Below are positions 18,103 to 30,266 of a stretch of 64,000 bases of DNA, piece by piece. This DNA is from Obrimoposthia wandeli (taxonomy: Eukaryota). A model generated the notes under the pieces. That model had not been told where the DNA came from. It saw nothing but the letters and a program-made list of their open reading frames with translations, and did not search any database. The stretch is taken from contig CDROCS010000506.1 in the NCBI GenBank assembly GCA_977020255.1, forward strand, positions 1,736,001 to 1,800,000, written 5' to 3'. The position numbers and the translations under genes were made by a program. Every line of letters begins with the position of its first letter. Positions within the stretch are counted from its first letter, which is position 1.

Positions 18103-19398
18103 TTATTTTTTATCTTCGTTACTAAACAGCGCTTCAATAAACTCTTCTGAATTAAAGGTACGTAAATCATCAATACCTTCACCAATACCGATAAAACGAA
18201 TTGGGATCTCAAATTTATCTGCCACAGCAAAGATAACACCACCTTTAGCAGTACCATCTAATTTAGTAATAGTAATGCCAGTCAGACCTACAGCTTCTTT
18301 AAATAGTTCCGCTTGGCTTAAGGCATTTTGGCCGGTACCAGCATCAATCGTTAACATGATCTCGTGCGGCGCAGTCGCATCATGCTTACGCATAACTCTA
18401 ACCACTTTTTTCAGCTCTTCCATCAAGTGGGCTTTATTTTGTAAACGACCGGCTGTATCAGCGATAAGTACATCAACATCTTTAGCTGTTGCTGATTGCA
18501 TAGCATCAAACAATACCGATGCACTATCTGCACCTGTGTGTTGAGCTACCACAGGGATACCGTTACGGTCGCCCCATACTTGTAATTGTTCTACCGCAGC
18601 AGCACGGAACGTATCACCAGCTGCTAGCATCACTGATTTACCTTCACCTTGGAATTTCTTCGCCATCTTACCGATAGTAGTGGTTTTACCCACACCGTTC
18701 ACGCCAACCATTAAGATCACGTGGGGTTTGTTATTACTATCAATAACCAGCGGTTCATCAACCTTGTGTAATAACTCTGCCATGTCTTTTTTCAGAATGT
18801 CATACAAGGCTTCAGCATCTTTTAAGTCTTTACGTGATGCTTGTTGGGTTAAATTATCAATAATACGCGTAGTTGTCGCGACACCCAGATCGGCAATTAA
18901 TAGCTGTTCTTCAAGTTCTTCAAATAACTCATCATCGATATGCTTACCACGGAAAAAGTTTTTAAAGCCACTACCGATATTACCTTTGGTACGTGATAAA
19001 CCACGTTTCAAACGAGTAAAGAATTTATCTTTATCAGCAGGTTCGTCTGCGTCCACACTTTCTGTAGCATCTGTCTTAGCATCAGTGCTAACAGTTTCGA
19101 TTTCTGCTGGTGCTGGTGTTGCTGTGACAATCTCAGTTTCTGTTACAACCGCTTCTGGTTCTATTATTACTGGTTCTACAACTACAGGCTCAGCCGCGAT
19201 AATGTCACTTTCGCTAGCAGCACTGTTGTTTTCGAAATCAGTGAAAAGTCGTAAATCTGCAGCGCGACGAATGGCTTTTTCTTCCGCCGTTTCATCATCA
19301 CTCGATACAAGTAATTCCGGATTAACTTTATCTTCATCCGTGCTGATCGCGTCTTTTTTACCTAAACCAAACCAATTCTTCATGCTTTTTTTTGCCAT
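18103..19398 (-). CDS. ftsY: SRP receptor FtsY
   Basis: Acidic N-domain; GVNGVGKTTTIGK, DTFRAAA, DTAGR, TKLDGTAKGG. Confidence 0.97.
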   Translation of the reverse strand: MAKKSMKNWFGLGKKDAISTDEDKVNPELLVSSDDETAEEKAIRRAADLRLFTDFENNSAASESDIIAAEPVVVEPVIIEPEAVVTETEIVTATPAPAEIETVSTDAKTDATESVDADEPADKDKFFTRLKRGLSRTKGNIGSGFKNFFRGKHIDDELFEELEEQLLIADLGVATTTRIIDNLTQQASRKDLKDAEALYDILKKDMAELLHKVDEPLVIDSNNKPHVILMVGVNGVGKTTTIGKMAKKFQGEGKSVMLAAGDTFRAAAVEQLQVWGDRNGIPVVAQHTGADSASVLFDAMQSATAKDVDVLIADTAGRLQNKAHLMEELKKVVRVMRKHDATAPHEIMLTIDAGTGQNALSQAELFKEAVGLTGITITKLDGTAKGGVIFAVADKFEIPIRFIGIGEGIDDLRTFNSEEFIEALFSNEDKK

Positions 19399-19498
19399 TT
19401 TTAGAAAACCTTACTTTCGCCAGTCTTGAACTGCTACAATGACCCAATATCAATATGGTGATTATATTATCACCTTTCTGTCCAGACAAAGAATTACT

Positions 19499-20113
19499 AT
19501 GGCAAAATCTAGCACAAAACAACAAAATCAACGTCCTTCTGGACATATTCGGATCATCAGTGGTCAATGGCGCGGTCGAAAGCTCCCAGTTAAGGATGTG
19601 ATTGGTCTACGCCCTACAACCGACCGTGTAAAAGAAACCGTATTCAATTGGTTATCCCCTTACGTACGCGACAGCCATTGTTTAGATCTGTTTGCTGGTA
19701 GTGGTGGTTTAATCTTTGAAGCATTATCACGTTATGCTGAATCAGGTTTACTGTTTGAAAAAGACGCCGGTGCAGCAGCGCAATTACAACAAAATATTGA
19801 ATTGCTGAAAGCCGATAATGCCCAGTTAGTACGTGGTGATACGTTAAAATTATTGACCAAAGTACCAACACAAACTTATGACATGGTATTTATCGACCCA
19901 CCTTTCCGTCAAGATTTACTGGAAGACTGTTGCGCTAAACTCGAAGAATACAATTGGTTAAGTGCTGATGCGGTGATTTATATCGAACGTGAAAAAGAAC
20001 TTAATCAAGTTAAGTTACCCGCTAATTGGCACATTTTAAAAGACAAACAAGCCGGACAAGTTTGTTTTGAGCTATACCAACGTCAAGCTGTCATAAACAC
20101 GACCGCTGAATAA
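19499..20113 (+). CDS. rsmD: 16S rRNA m2G966 methyltransferase RsmD
   Basis: IRIISGQWRGRKL, LRPTTDRVKETVFNWL, DLFAGSG, DPPF; divergent from ftsY. Confidence 0.96.
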   Translation: MAKSSTKQQNQRPSGHIRIISGQWRGRKLPVKDVIGLRPTTDRVKETVFNWLSPYVRDSHCLDLFAGSGGLIFEALSRYAESGLLFEKDAGAAAQLQQNIELLKADNAQLVRGDTLKLLTKVPTQTYDMVFIDPPFRQDLLEDCCAKLEEYNWLSADAVIYIEREKELNQVKLPANWHILKDKQAGQVCFELYQRQAVINTTAE

Positions 20114-20143
20114 ACGCTGCAACATAACAGTAAATGAATAAAC

Positions 20144-20175
20144 AACGAGTGCTTAAAATCAGTTGAGCATTCGTT
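20144..20175 (+). terminator. Probable rsmD terminator hairpin
   Basis: AACGAGTGCTT...GAGCATTCGTT imperfect stem with a weak U tract. Confidence 0.45.
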
Positions 20176-20294
20176 ATTATGCCTATATGCTGTAGCCTTA
20201 TTAGCCATATATTGCATACCTAATAAAACCCCGAATACCTTCCCAGCTCGCAATGAATACCCAACAATATCGCCTGTCTATGGTGTGAGTGTTT

Positions 20295-20347
20295 AGTCTA
20301 TAATTTCAGCTATAACTTTTAGTCTATAACTTTTAACCTATAATGAG
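20295..20347 (+). repeat. 13-14 nt tandem array of TATAAT/TATAAC-containing units upstream of the LysE gene
   Basis: AGTCTATAATTTC / AGCTATAACTTTT / AGTCTATAACTTTT / AACCTATAATGAG. Confidence 0.8.
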
Positions 20348-20381
20348 TGCGGCTGTAACCCTACTTTGGAGAATAATAACA

Positions 20382-21005
20382 ATGACGTTAGATACTTGGT
20401 TACTTTTTGTTTCGACTATTTTTGTGGTGATCTTAATTCCCGGTCCACTATCAATTTATATGATCACCAATTCGATATCTTATGGTATCAAGCAAACAGC
20501 GCCCGCTTTTGCCGGTGGTGTACTGGCGTCATCATTATATTTAATTGCCTCTGCAACTGGATTAGGCGCACTGATTATCGCTTCAGAAAGTTTATTCTCG
20601 GTGATCAAAACTCTCGGCGCACTTTACCTCGTGTATTTAGGGATAACGACATGGCGTAATGCCAGTCGTGGCGGAAGTATTACTATCACCGAAGAAGCGC
20701 AAAAGCCCAATAACAAAGCCATGTTTAGCAAAGCCTTTTTACTCGGCGCATCGAATCCAAAAGACATTTTGTTTTTCATCGCGTTTTTGCCACAATTTTT
20801 GAATCCACAAGCCGATTTATTTCAGCAACTAGTCGTGATTGTCAGCACTTGGATCGTGGTAGATTTGATTTGTAAGTTACTTTACGGCAGCACTTCGCAT
20901 GCGATTAAACCGGTATTAACCAGTGCCCGTAACAAGGTTCGTTTTGATAAAACAGTTGGTGGGATATTTGTCGCAGCAGGCGCATCGGCCGCATTAATCA
21001 AATAG
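20382..21005 (+). CDS. LysE/RhtB family amino acid exporter
   Basis: LIPGPLS, GALYLVYLG, GASNPKDILFFIAFLPQF; GGAG RBS before the ATG at 20382. Confidence 0.9.
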   Translation: MTLDTWLLFVSTIFVVILIPGPLSIYMITNSISYGIKQTAPAFAGGVLASSLYLIASATGLGALIIASESLFSVIKTLGALYLVYLGITTWRNASRGGSITITEEAQKPNNKAMFSKAFLLGASNPKDILFFIAFLPQFLNPQADLFQQLVVIVSTWIVVDLICKLLYGSTSHAIKPVLTSARNKVRFDKTVGGIFVAAGASAALIK

Positions 21006-21008
21006 CGG

Positions 21009-21926
21009 TTAACTCGAGCTTAAATTACGGTATTGGCGCGGAGAGATCCCCACCAACTTTTTAAAATAACGTCCCATGTGGCTTTGATTCGCAAAGCCAC
21101 ATTCTAATGCAATTTCCGCCATACTTGCTTGCCCGTGTGAAACGCGTAGTTTCACTTGCTCTATTCTAATCGCTAACAAATATGCTTGTGGTGTTTGCGC
21201 CATGCTCTGTTTGAACATTCGACAAAAATGATATTCACTCAACTGAGCTAATTCGGCCAACTCAGCAAGGTAAACCTGGCGGTAAAAATGAACCTGCATG
21301 TAATCACAAACTAACGCAACGACTTTTGGTGACAACCCCCCTTTTACTGGCGATGTCAGTTTGGTGATCCCCATATTCTGCAGCATAGACACTAAAATGG
21401 TATTGGTGACTTGTTCCATAGCCAGGTGATCATGACCACTGTGCCAATCGCTGGTTGCCATACAATGCCGAAACAAGGCTTCTGTAGCAGCATCATTAGT
21501 GAAGGTCAGCTCTGGCAGCTGTAACATCCGCGGGTCAATATCAAATACCTTCAACGCTAGTTGTTTAAGATAGTCATCAGTAAAATATAAATGCATGAAC
21601 TGCTGAGTTTGTCCCAGCTGCCAATGACTCTCAGAACCTTTTGGCATTAAACAAAATTTACCTGGCGCGCCAAAACCCGAATCAACATCAGTACGGTGAG
21701 TTTCATAACCACCAGACATGTACAAACTCAAGGTATGCTGTTTTTCATTCACATAAAATAAACGGTCATGTTCATTTTGATAATGCGCCCACGACAACGC
21801 CTCCGTTAATGACGTTTGTCGTAAACAGATCTTACTGGTTGATTGGTCAAAGCTGATTTCATTCGGTTCAAGTAGCGACGAACTGATATCAAGCTCAATA
21901 TCCATGAGTGGTTTTATTAACGGCAT
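21009..21926 (-). CDS. AraC family transcriptional regulator
   Basis: C-terminal double HTH: LAELAELAQLSEYHFCRMFK, IALECGFANQSHMGRYFKKLVGISPRQYR. Confidence 0.93.
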   Translation of the reverse strand: MPLIKPLMDIELDISSSLLEPNEISFDQSTSKICLRQTSLTEALSWAHYQNEHDRLFYVNEKQHTLSLYMSGGYETHRTDVDSGFGAPGKFCLMPKGSESHWQLGQTQQFMHLYFTDDYLKQLALKVFDIDPRMLQLPELTFTNDAATEALFRHCMATSDWHSGHDHLAMEQVTNTILVSMLQNMGITKLTSPVKGGLSPKVVALVCDYMQVHFYRQVYLAELAELAQLSEYHFCRMFKQSMAQTPQAYLLAIRIEQVKLRVSHGQASMAEIALECGFANQSHMGRYFKKLVGISPRQYRNLSSS

Positions 21927-22117
21927 AACAAAATATTACCATTAATGGCAGATTGCTCAACTACTGCTGTGATCAAGGTGAGTATTAAAGCGCAATATTG
22001 TGTTAGTTTTGCCAATATCGTGATATTCCCACTCTCGAAACAGAACCATAATGCAGGTTAATTAATGGTAGTCGTCTTTCATGACGCCTTCTATATGGTA
22101 ATAATAAAGGATCAGCT

Positions 22118-23026
22118 ATGTCAGCCATACTCTACGTTTCAATGATATTTATTTGGGGCTTTTCGTGGATATCAATTAAGTGGCAACACGGTGATGTACC
22201 TATGGAAGTCTCTATATTTTACCGCTTTGCAATTGCTGCAACAGTCATGTTTGTTGTCGGTAAACTGTGGGGCAAACTACAAACAGTTAAACGCCAAGAT
22301 CATGCCTATTTAGCGCTGCAAGGTGTGTGTTTATTCTGTTGTAATTTCCTCGCCTTTTACAGTGCAACTTTGTATATCCCCAGTGGTTTAGTCGCGGTAT
22401 TCATGGCAACAGCGCCGGTATTTAATGCCTTTCACAGTAAGCTATTTTACAAAACTCAAACCAATGCTAATTTCTGGCTCGGGGCGATACTCGGACTTGC
22501 TGGCATTAGCTTATTATTTGCTGGTGATTTATTACAAACCAATTGGTCGCAAGACACGTTATACGGTTTAATGTTCGCATTAATAGGAACTTGGTGTTTC
22601 TCGATGGGTAACATGTTGAGTATCCGTAATACCAGAAATAACGTGCAACCTTTTACCGCCACCAGCTATGCCATGGTATATGGTTGCGTGGCGCTGTTAG
22701 TGATTATTCTTGTGCGTGGTATTTCGTTTGAGTTCACGCTGACGACGCAATATATAGGCAGCTTGTTGTATCTAGCCATTCCAGCATCGGTACTTGGTTT
22801 TACTTGTTATTTGATTTTAGTGGATCGTCTCGGCGCCAGCAATGCAGCTTATATTTTGGTGATCACCCCGATTGTCGCCTTGAGTGTTTCTGCGGTATTT
22901 GAAGATTATCATTGGACTATATATTCAACACTGGGGCTGGTATTAGTGATACTCGGTAATGTATTAACCCAACGTAAAAAAGCATTATTTAAACGAATCA
23001 AAACGCAGCCTGTGCCACTAAGTTAA
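22118..23026 (+). CDS. EamA/DMT family transporter
   Basis: IWGFSW start, about 10 TM helices in two repeats; divergent from the AraC gene. Confidence 0.9.
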   Translation: MSAILYVSMIFIWGFSWISIKWQHGDVPMEVSIFYRFAIAATVMFVVGKLWGKLQTVKRQDHAYLALQGVCLFCCNFLAFYSATLYIPSGLVAVFMATAPVFNAFHSKLFYKTQTNANFWLGAILGLAGISLLFAGDLLQTNWSQDTLYGLMFALIGTWCFSMGNMLSIRNTRNNVQPFTATSYAMVYGCVALLVIILVRGISFEFTLTTQYIGSLLYLAIPASVLGFTCYLILVDRLGASNAAYILVITPIVALSVSAVFEDYHWTIYSTLGLVLVILGNVLTQRKKALFKRIKTQPVPLS

Positions 23027-23035
23027 GCTAAGTGT

Positions 23036-23068
23036 AAAACCCGTATGATTTATTCATACGGGTATTTT
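23036..23068. terminator. Bidirectional terminator EamA/MCP
   Basis: ACCCGTATGA-TTTAT-TCATACGGGT flanked by A and T tracts. Confidence 0.85.
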
Positions 23069-23108
23069 ATTTTTAATTTACTTTATTTCACTAGCCTAAA
23101 TTTACTCA

Positions 23109-25010
23109 TTAGATTTTGAATTTTCCTACAATAGCTTCAAGCTGCGTATTGGTGTCGGCGAGCGCCTGACAGTTACTCAGCTCTTTTTCACCGTTCTCGG
23201 TTAGCACTTCAGCCATGTTGGTAATCGCGGTCATATTCTTACTAATATCTTCAGAAACTGCACTTTGTTCCTCAGCGGCAGTAGCAATCTCTATCGCAAT
23301 ATCATTAATGTATGCGATTGATTTAGCCATACTGTCGAGATCCACATTTATTCGCTCAGTGCTTTCAGCTGTATGACTGCAACTCACCTTAATCGTATCC
23401 ATATTGGTCACTAATCGATTAGCACCTGAAGTCAAAATAGTAAGCATATTGGCAATTTCAGAAGTACTCTCTTGAGTTCGAGCAGCTAACGCACGAACTT
23501 CATCAGCAACGACAGCAAACCCCCGTCCTTGTTCACCAGCTCGGGCAGCTTCAATTGCTGCATTTAATGCTAACAAGTTGGTCTGGTCTGCAATATCCCC
23601 AATTACTTTGAGTAAATTAGCTATGTTGAAGATATTACCGTTCATATTAGTGATATCTCCAGACATAGACTCCACTTCGTCTACTAATGAAGAGACAGTC
23701 TGAACAGCTTTGGAAACTACCATCTTAGAGGCTTCGGCTTGTTCTTTCGCATTTTGTGTATGACTCGAAGCCTGAGAAGCATGACGAGCGACAGTCTCTG
23801 CCGTCACGCTCATTTCATGAACAGCTGTAACAACTTGATTAGCCTCGTCAAAATGTAATTGTAATACTTCACTGTTTTTTTCTGACTGGTTAGATAGCTC
23901 ACTCACTCGGGCTGAAGTATCTAATGTTGTTTGCGCAACTTCTTGCATCATACTTTGCAGATTGCCAATAAAAGTATTGATACCCAATGATATTTGTCCC
24001 AGATCATCTTTGCTTTTTACTTCAAGGCGACGAGTAAGGTCACCCGTGCCCATAGATAGGTCAAGGACAGTGTCTTTAAGCGCTAGGATAGGTTTGTACA
24101 ATCGATTTAATATTATCAGTACGATAGCGATGGCGATAAGTATCACAATGAATGAGGTGATAATCGTCTCAACTAACTCAGCTTCTAAATCGGAGTACAT
24201 CACCGAATCAGCAATACCAACATAGATAAACCAACGACTATCACCGGGCAATTTCACATCAGAGAAATAGGCATGTTTTTTTACGCCTTCCCATTGATAG
24301 TCTGCGACACCATGACCTTGTTCTGTCATCTTTTGTTCTAGTGCTGGGAGGTCAAAATAGATGCCAATCTCATCGCCTGGATCTGTAGAAGCAAGTTGAG
24401 TAAACTTATCATCAAGCACAAGTAATACAGCACCAGGGAAATCAACTTGCGAGATAATATCGTTGAGAATATCAAGAGATATATCACCAGCAACAACGCC
24501 TCGATTACCGATTGGGCTTGCTAAACTTATCATTAACCCGCCAGTCGTATCATCAGTATAAATATCCGTCAGGATGGTAGACTGTTTAGCCTGCGCATTT
24601 TTATACCAATCTCGCGTTCTTGGATCATAATCACTCACGTCAAATACGCCGTTGTCTCCTCCGGAATCACCAAAAGCACGTCCATCGCTATAACCAGCAG
24701 TAAAACTGGCATATCTAGCCGATTTAGTCACCATTTTAGCCACATTCACATAATCAGCATCAGAGTGTTCACCTTCAAAGTAAATACGGCTGGATTCTAA
24801 CGCATCAACCCAAGAATTTATCTTTAGTTCCACTTTATTTGAAGCGTTATCTACGATGATCCGCGACATACTTTCAATAGAAGCCATTTGTTGGGTCTTA
24901 AATTTATCATAAGACAACCAATTAAAGATTAATAAGGCGACTGATACTAAGATAGTCATGGTTAAGACAAGCCGTTGTTTGAAACCAAGGCTTTGTAGTG
25001 ATAAAGGCAT
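23109..25010 (-). CDS. Methyl-accepting chemotaxis protein (dCache-like sensor, HAMP, signalling domain)
   Basis: Two TMs; [10 protein letters not shown] and IYTDDTTG Cache motifs; [34 protein letters not shown]. Confidence 0.95.
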   Translation of the reverse strand: MPLSLQSLGFKQRLVLTMTILVSVALLIFNWLSYDKFKTQQMASIESMSRIIVDNASNKVELKINSWVDALESSRIYFEGEHSDADYVNVAKMVTKSARYASFTAGYSDGRAFGDSGGDNGVFDVSDYDPRTRDWYKNAQAKQSTILTDIYTDDTTGGLMISLASPIGNRGVVAGDISLDILNDIISQVDFPGAVLLVLDDKFTQLASTDPGDEIGIYFDLPALEQKMTEQGHGVADYQWEGVKKHAYFSDVKLPGDSRWFIYVGIADSVMYSDLEAELVETIITSFIVILIAIAIVLIILNRLYKPILALKDTVLDLSMGTGDLTRRLEVKSKDDLGQISLGINTFIGNLQSMMQEVAQTTLDTSARVSELSNQSEKNSEVLQLHFDEANQVVTAVHEMSVTAETVARHASQASSHTQNAKEQAEASKMVVSKAVQTVSSLVDEVESMSGDITNMNGNIFNIANLLKVIGDIADQTNLLALNAAIEAARAGEQGRGFAVVADEVRALAARTQESTSEIANMLTILTSGANRLVTNMDTIKVSCSHTAESTERINVDLDSMAKSIAYINDIAIEIATAAEEQSAVSEDISKNMTAITNMAEVLTENGEKELSNCQALADTNTQLEAIVGKFKI

Positions 25011-25197
25011 TCGTTGATCCCCTAGTTATAACAGATGTTATAGCTACTCGAATTACTGACAGTGAGGCTGATTTTCATTAAATGCTAACAGCCCAATGAA
25101 TTACAAGTAACATCTTAAAGGCGAATCAACTTACCTTCTGAGACTTTCATTATATTTTTGACTATCTTTTAAACTATTTTAAAGAATATAGTTACTT

Positions 25198-25225
25198 AAA
25201 AACAGCCACAAACAGTGTTTGTGGC
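25198..25225 (-). terminator. metH terminator
   Basis: GCCACAAAC-ACT-GTTTGTGGC then TGTTTTT on the minus strand. Confidence 0.8.
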
Positions 25226-25242
25226 ATGACAAGGTAATAAGT

Positions 25243-28200
25243 TTAATCAGGTGCATAACCTAAGTTAGGCCCTAACCAACGTTCGGCTTCTTCAAGCGTC
25301 ATGTTTTTACGTTCTGCATAGTCTTTAACTTGGTCTTCTTGAATCGATGCAACAGCAAAGTAACGAGATTCAGGGTGTGAGAATATCCAACCTGAAACCG
25401 CGGCACCCGGCCACATTGCATAAGAAGAGGTTAGTTTCATACCGATGCTTTCTGGGTCTAATAAATCCCAAATAGCGCCTTTCTCGGTATGTTCAGGACA
25501 AGCAGCGTAACCCGGAGCCGGACGAATACCTTGGTATTTTTCACGGATCAGGTCATCGTTATTCCACTCTTCTGTTGGCGTGAAACCCCACTCTTCTTTA
25601 CGCACTAATTCATGCATGCGCTCTGCCATTGCTTCCGCTAAACGGTCACACACAGATTGCACCAAGATCGCGTTGTAATCATCCTCAATACCTTTGAAGT
25701 AATTAGCCATATCGTCTTCACCGATACCACCTGTTACTGCAAATGCGCCAATGTAATCGAATTTACCCGATTCTTTTGGAGCAATGAAATCCGCTAGACA
25801 ATTATTAAATTGACCGCCTTTCTTCTTGGTTTGCTGACGCAAGTGTTCAAGACGTTTTAATACCTTGGTACGGGTTTCATCGGTATATACTTCAACAGTA
25901 TCGCTGTTCACTGTATTTGCAGGGAACAGACCAAACACACCGTTAACGCCAACTTCATTGGTTTCTTGTAAACGATCTAACATCGCATTGGCATCGTTAA
26001 ACAAGCTTGTCGCTTCTACGCCTACTACTTCATCAGTTAGGATGCGAGGGTATTTACCCGCTAGCGTCCATGTCATGAAGAATGGTGTCCAATCGATATA
26101 CTTGCGTAATTCTGCAATTGAGTAGTTAATGTATTTTTGTACACCCAGTGTTTTCGGTACTGGTGGTGTGTAATTAACCCAATCAATGTCGGCTTTATTA
26201 GCACGTGCAACCTCTAATGTAACCGGCGCACTACGTGGACGTTTACGGGCATGCTGTTCACGGGCTACTTCGTATTCTTTGGCCATACGTGCTACTAATT
26301 CAGGCTTTTTAGTTTCCGACAATAACGCGGCAACCACACCTACCGCACGTGATGCATTGGATACATAAATCACTGGTTCATCGTAGTTTTGCTCAATCTT
26401 AACCGCTGTATGGGCTTTCGATGTTGTTGCGCCACCAATCAAGATTGGCAGTTTTAAACCTTTACGTTTACATTCTTTAGCAACGTGTACCATTTCATCT
26501 AACGATGGCGTGATCAGTCCGGATAAACCAATAATGTCGCAGTTTTCTTCTACCGCTTTTTTCAAGATGTCATCGCAAGATACCATCACACCCATATCAA
26601 CGATTTCATAGTTATTACACTGCAGTACAACGCCAACGATATTTTTACCAATATCATGTACGTCGCCTTTCACTGTCGCTAATAAGATCTTACCGTTTGA
26701 AGAACCTTTCTGTTTTGACGCTTCAATGTAGGGATTTAAATAAGACACTGCACGTTTCATTACTCGAGCTGATTTAACAACCTGTGGTAAGAACATTTTA
26801 CCCGCGCCGAATAAGTCACCAACGGTATTCATACCATCCATTAATGGGCCTTCAATCACTTCTAACGGCAATGTAGCTTGTTGGCGTGCTTCTTCTGTGT
26901 CTTCTTCAATAAATTCAGTGATGCCTTTAACTAACGCATGCTCTAAACGCTTGTTAACATCAAAAGTACGCCATTCTTGTGTTTCAGCTTCCACTTCCAC
27001 ACCGGAATCACGGTATTTTTCTGCCATGTTTAACAGCGCTTCCGTGCCTTCTGGGGTACGGTTAAGAATAACGTCTTCAACGGCATCTAATAATTCTTTT
27101 GGTAGGTCATCATAAATCGCAAGTTGCCCTGCATTTACGATACCCATATCCATGCCTTCCTTGATGCAGTAATACAAGAACACCGCGTGAATCGCTTCAC
27201 GTAATGGGTTGTTACCACGGAACGAGAAAGATACGTTAGATACACCACCCGAGATCATCGCATGGGGTAACTCACGCTTAATGTCTTTTACCGCTTCGAT
27301 GAAATCAACCGCATAGTTGTTATGCTCTTCGATACCCGTTGCTACTGCAAAGATATTTGGATCGAAGATGATGTCTTCTGGCGGGTAATTTAATTCATGT
27401 ACTAGGATGTCGTAAGAACGCTTACAAATTTGGAATTTACGCTCTTGCGTATCTGCTTGGCCGTCTTCATCAAATGCCATTACGATCATTGCAGCACCAT
27501 AACGACGAATTAACGTTGCTTGGCGGCGGAAGTTATCTTCGCCTTCTTTTAATGAAATCGAGTTAACAATGGCTTTACCTTGAACACACTTCAGGCCAGC
27601 TTCTAGAATTTCCCATTTCGAAGAATCGATCATGATCGGCACTTTCGAAATTTCCGGTTCAGAAGCAACAAGGTTTAAGAAACGCTGCATACAATGCAAC
27701 GAATCCAACATGCCTTCATCCATATTGATATCGATGATTTGTGCGCCTGACTCTACTTGCTGCTGAGCAACATGCAGGGCTTCGTCGTAATTTTCTTCTT
27801 TGATAAGACGTTTAAAACGTGCCGAACCAGTAACGTTAGTACGTTCACCGACGTTAACAAACAGGCTTTCTTTAGAAATAGTTAATGGTTCAAGACCACT
27901 TAAACGACACGCAATTTCAATTTCCGGTAATACACGCGGTGCGATACCTTCAACTGCATCAGCCATGGCTTTAATGTGTTCTGGCGTAGTACCACAACAA
28001 CCACCAACCATATTCAAGTAACCAGCTTCAGCCCATTCCTTAATATGCTCAGCCATGTCTTCTGGGCTTAAATCGTATTCGCCAAAAGCATTCGGTAAAC
28101 CGGCATTCGGATGCGCAGTCACATAGGTTTCAGAAATACGTGATAACTCACCAACGTATTGGCGCAATTCATCTGGACCTAACGCGCAGTTAAGACCAAA

Positions 28201-28932
28201 GGTGATCGGTTCTGCATGGCGTAATGAGTTATAGAATGCTTCGGTTGTTTGACCTGTTAAGGTACGGCCTGATGCATCGGTAATAGTACCCGAGATCATA
28301 ATAGGTAATTCGTAGCCTAATTCTTCATAAACTGTTTTAACAGCGAATACAGCCGCTTTAGCGTTTAGAGTATCAAACACGGTTTCGATCAGAATCATGT
28401 CTGAACCGCCTTCGATCAACGCTTTAGTTGATTCGATATACGCTTCAACCATCAAGTCGAATGAAGTATTACGGAATGCAGGATCATTTACATCTGGAGA
28501 GATCGAACACGTACGGTTTGTTGGGCCTAATACGCCGGCAACAAAACGTGGACGATCTGGATTTTCTGCGGTTTTTGCATCTGCAACTCGGCGGGCAATA
28601 CGCGCCGCTTCACGGTTGATCTCTGCCGATAATGATTCCATATCATAATCAGCCATCGCGATAGTAGTGGCATTGAACGTATTGGTTTCGAGGATGTCTG
28701 CGCCAGCATCAAGGTATTCTTTATGAATATCAGCAATCAGCTGCGGCTTACTTAATACCAATAAGTCATTGTTACCTTTGACGTCGCTATGCCAATTAGC
28801 AAAGCGTTCACCACGGTAATCAGATTCTTCTAATTTATAGTCCTGGATCATCGTCCCCATGCCGCCATCGATAAGCATGATACGTTTTTTTAATTGCTGT
28901 TCCAGTTGCTGTTTGTTTTTTATAGTAGCCAC
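25243..28932 (-). CDS. metH: B12-dependent methionine synthase
   Basis: [33 protein letters not shown] cobalamin motif, RPAPGY; GTG start with GAGGGA RBS. Confidence 0.98.
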   Translation of the reverse strand: MATIKNKQQLEQQLKKRIMLIDGGMGTMIQDYKLEESDYRGERFANWHSDVKGNNDLLVLSKPQLIADIHKEYLDAGADILETNTFNATTIAMADYDMESLSAEINREAARIARRVADAKTAENPDRPRFVAGVLGPTNRTCSISPDVNDPAFRNTSFDLMVEAYIESTKALIEGGSDMILIETVFDTLNAKAAVFAVKTVYEELGYELPIMISGTITDASGRTLTGQTTEAFYNSLRHAEPITFGLNCALGPDELRQYVGELSRISETYVTAHPNAGLPNAFGEYDLSPEDMAEHIKEWAEAGYLNMVGGCCGTTPEHIKAMADAVEGIAPRVLPEIEIACRLSGLEPLTISKESLFVNVGERTNVTGSARFKRLIKEENYDEALHVAQQQVESGAQIIDINMDEGMLDSLHCMQRFLNLVASEPEISKVPIMIDSSKWEILEAGLKCVQGKAIVNSISLKEGEDNFRRQATLIRRYGAAMIVMAFDEDGQADTQERKFQICKRSYDILVHELNYPPEDIIFDPNIFAVATGIEEHNNYAVDFIEAVKDIKRELPHAMISGGVSNVSFSFRGNNPLREAIHAVFLYYCIKEGMDMGIVNAGQLAIYDDLPKELLDAVEDVILNRTPEGTEALLNMAEKYRDSGVEVEAETQEWRTFDVNKRLEHALVKGITEFIEEDTEEARQQATLPLEVIEGPLMDGMNTVGDLFGAGKMFLPQVVKSARVMKRAVSYLNPYIEASKQKGSSNGKILLATVKGDVHDIGKNIVGVVLQCNNYEIVDMGVMVSCDDILKKAVEENCDIIGLSGLITPSLDEMVHVAKECKRKGLKLPILIGGATTSKAHTAVKIEQNYDEPVIYVSNASRAVGVVAALLSETKKPELVARMAKEYEVAREQHARKRPRSAPVTLEVARANKADIDWVNYTPPVPKTLGVQKYINYSIAELRKYIDWTPFFMTWTLAGKYPRILTDEVVGVEATSLFNDANAMLDRLQETNEVGVNGVFGLFPANTVNSDTVEVYTDETRTKVLKRLEHLRQQTKKKGGQFNNCLADFIAPKESGKFDYIGAFAVTGGIGEDDMANYFKGIEDDYNAILVQSVCDRLAEAMAERMHELVRKEEWGFTPTEEWNNDDLIREKYQGIRPAPGYAACPEHTEKGAIWDLLDPESIGMKLTSSYAMWPGAAVSGWIFSHPESRYFAVASIQEDQVKDYAERKNMTLEEAERWLGPNLGYAPD

Positions 28933-29000
28933 AAGATCCCTCGTTTAATTTACTGCAGACTCAATCCTGAGTCTTATTATTTGATACTAATCTATTTACT

Positions 29001-29084
29001 GAATAACAGTTCGAATAACGGCTCGAATAACAGTCCTAATAACAGTGCTAATAGCTGATCGACCATCTACTCGAATAGCATTTA
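29001..29084 (-). repeat. 12-nt degenerate tandem array from the metA stop toward metH
   Basis: Plus strand GAATAACAGTTC / GAATAACGGCTC / GAATAACAGTCC / TAATAACAGTGC / TAATAGCTGATC / GACCATCTACTC / GAATAGCATTTA (last unit contains the metA stop). Confidence 0.8.
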
Positions 29085-29993
29085 TAGATCGTTTAAGTCA
29101 TATGGCGTTTGTTGATAAACATAATAGTTTAACCAATTGCTATAGAGCAGATTACCATGACTGCGCCAAGTAACAAGAGGGCCGTTTTCAGCATTATCAT
29201 CTTTATAATAATTCGCAGGTACTTCTGCTTCAACGCCGTCAGCAACATCGCGCATATATTCTTGATGCAAGGTATCAGCACTGTATTCAGGGTGACCAGT
29301 AACAAATACCTGGCGGAAATCAGCTGACGCAGCTAAATACACACCCGTTTCAGCATTGGCCGCTAAAATATTAAGATCGGTATCAGCAAACATGTCTTTC
29401 GAAAAGTTAGCATAGCGCGACATAGGTACTGGAAACTCATCATCAAAACCACGCACTAACGGGTTATGACGGTGGAATGTTTGCTGTGGGTATACCCCAG
29501 AAAATTTAGTCTCGTGGACTTTTTTATCAATACCATGCAGTACTTTTAATGCCGCTTGTGCAGCCCAGCATAGGAATAAAGTTGATACTACGTGGGTCTT
29601 AGACCAGTGAATGATCTCTTCGATTTGTGGCCAATACGCCACATCTTCATGACCAACGAGCCCTAGCGGTGCACCGGTAATAATTAAGCCATCGTAATTG
29701 TTATGACGTATACGTTCGAAGTCGTGATAAAACTCATCAATGTGTTCTTGTGGAGTATTCTTAGAGGCACGGTAATCAATACGTAATAGCTCTACATTTA
29801 CTTGCAGTGGCGTATTCGATAATAACCGTAAAATTTGGTTTTCAGTCTCAATTTTTTTCGGCATAAGGTTAAGAACAACAACCTGCAGCGGTCTAATTTC
29901 TTGCTTGGTTGCACGCGACTCTAGCATCACAAAAATATTCTCGTTACCTAATATTTCAGCAGCCGGTAGTCCGTCTTTAATTCTAATTGGCAT
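29082..29993 (-). CDS. metA: Homoserine O-succinyl/acetyltransferase MetA
   Basis: [49 protein letters not shown]; AAGGA RBS before 29993. Confidence 0.96.
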   Translation of the reverse strand: MPIRIKDGLPAAEILGNENIFVMLESRATKQEIRPLQVVVLNLMPKKIETENQILRLLSNTPLQVNVELLRIDYRASKNTPQEHIDEFYHDFERIRHNNYDGLIITGAPLGLVGHEDVAYWPQIEEIIHWSKTHVVSTLFLCWAAQAALKVLHGIDKKVHETKFSGVYPQQTFHRHNPLVRGFDDEFPVPMSRYANFSKDMFADTDLNILAANAETGVYLAASADFRQVFVTGHPEYSADTLHQEYMRDVADGVEAEVPANYYKDDNAENGPLVTWRSHGNLLYSNWLNYYVYQQTPYDLNDL

Positions 29994-30018
29994 TATTCCC
30001 ATCCTTAAGTAATACATT

Positions 30019-30034
30019 AGCCATCCAGAAGTCT
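30019..30034. promoter_or_regulatory. Tandem MetJ (Met) boxes upstream of metA
   Basis: AGCCATCC AGAAGTCT: 5/8 and 7/8 to AGACGTCT, adjacent 8-mers, 25-40 nt upstream of metA. Confidence 0.75.
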
Positions 30035-30266
30035 ACCTTAATTATCCAGCCTTTGTAAGTCTTGTCGCTGATTAAAATAGTCCATTACGTAGCTTTACAC
30101 TGTGAAACAAACAAAATGCTGACCGCTCGTTCAGTTTCTACTGCCTATCGCTTGTTATTCGGTTGACCATAATCATGTTTATATATAGGATCGCCTGCTG
30201 CAAGGAACGCTGCCTATTTCTCATGGATTTATCACTTACCTATTTTCAAACTAAAGGTTTGTAAAA

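Noticed and set aside
18680-19429. 249-aa plus-strand ORF
   Set aside because: Lies entirely antisense to ftsY; Ser-rich composition typical of shadow frames.
30035-30266. Riboswitch upstream of the yadS-like gene
   Set aside because: Only short weak hairpins; no glycine, SAM or other recognisable aptamer core.
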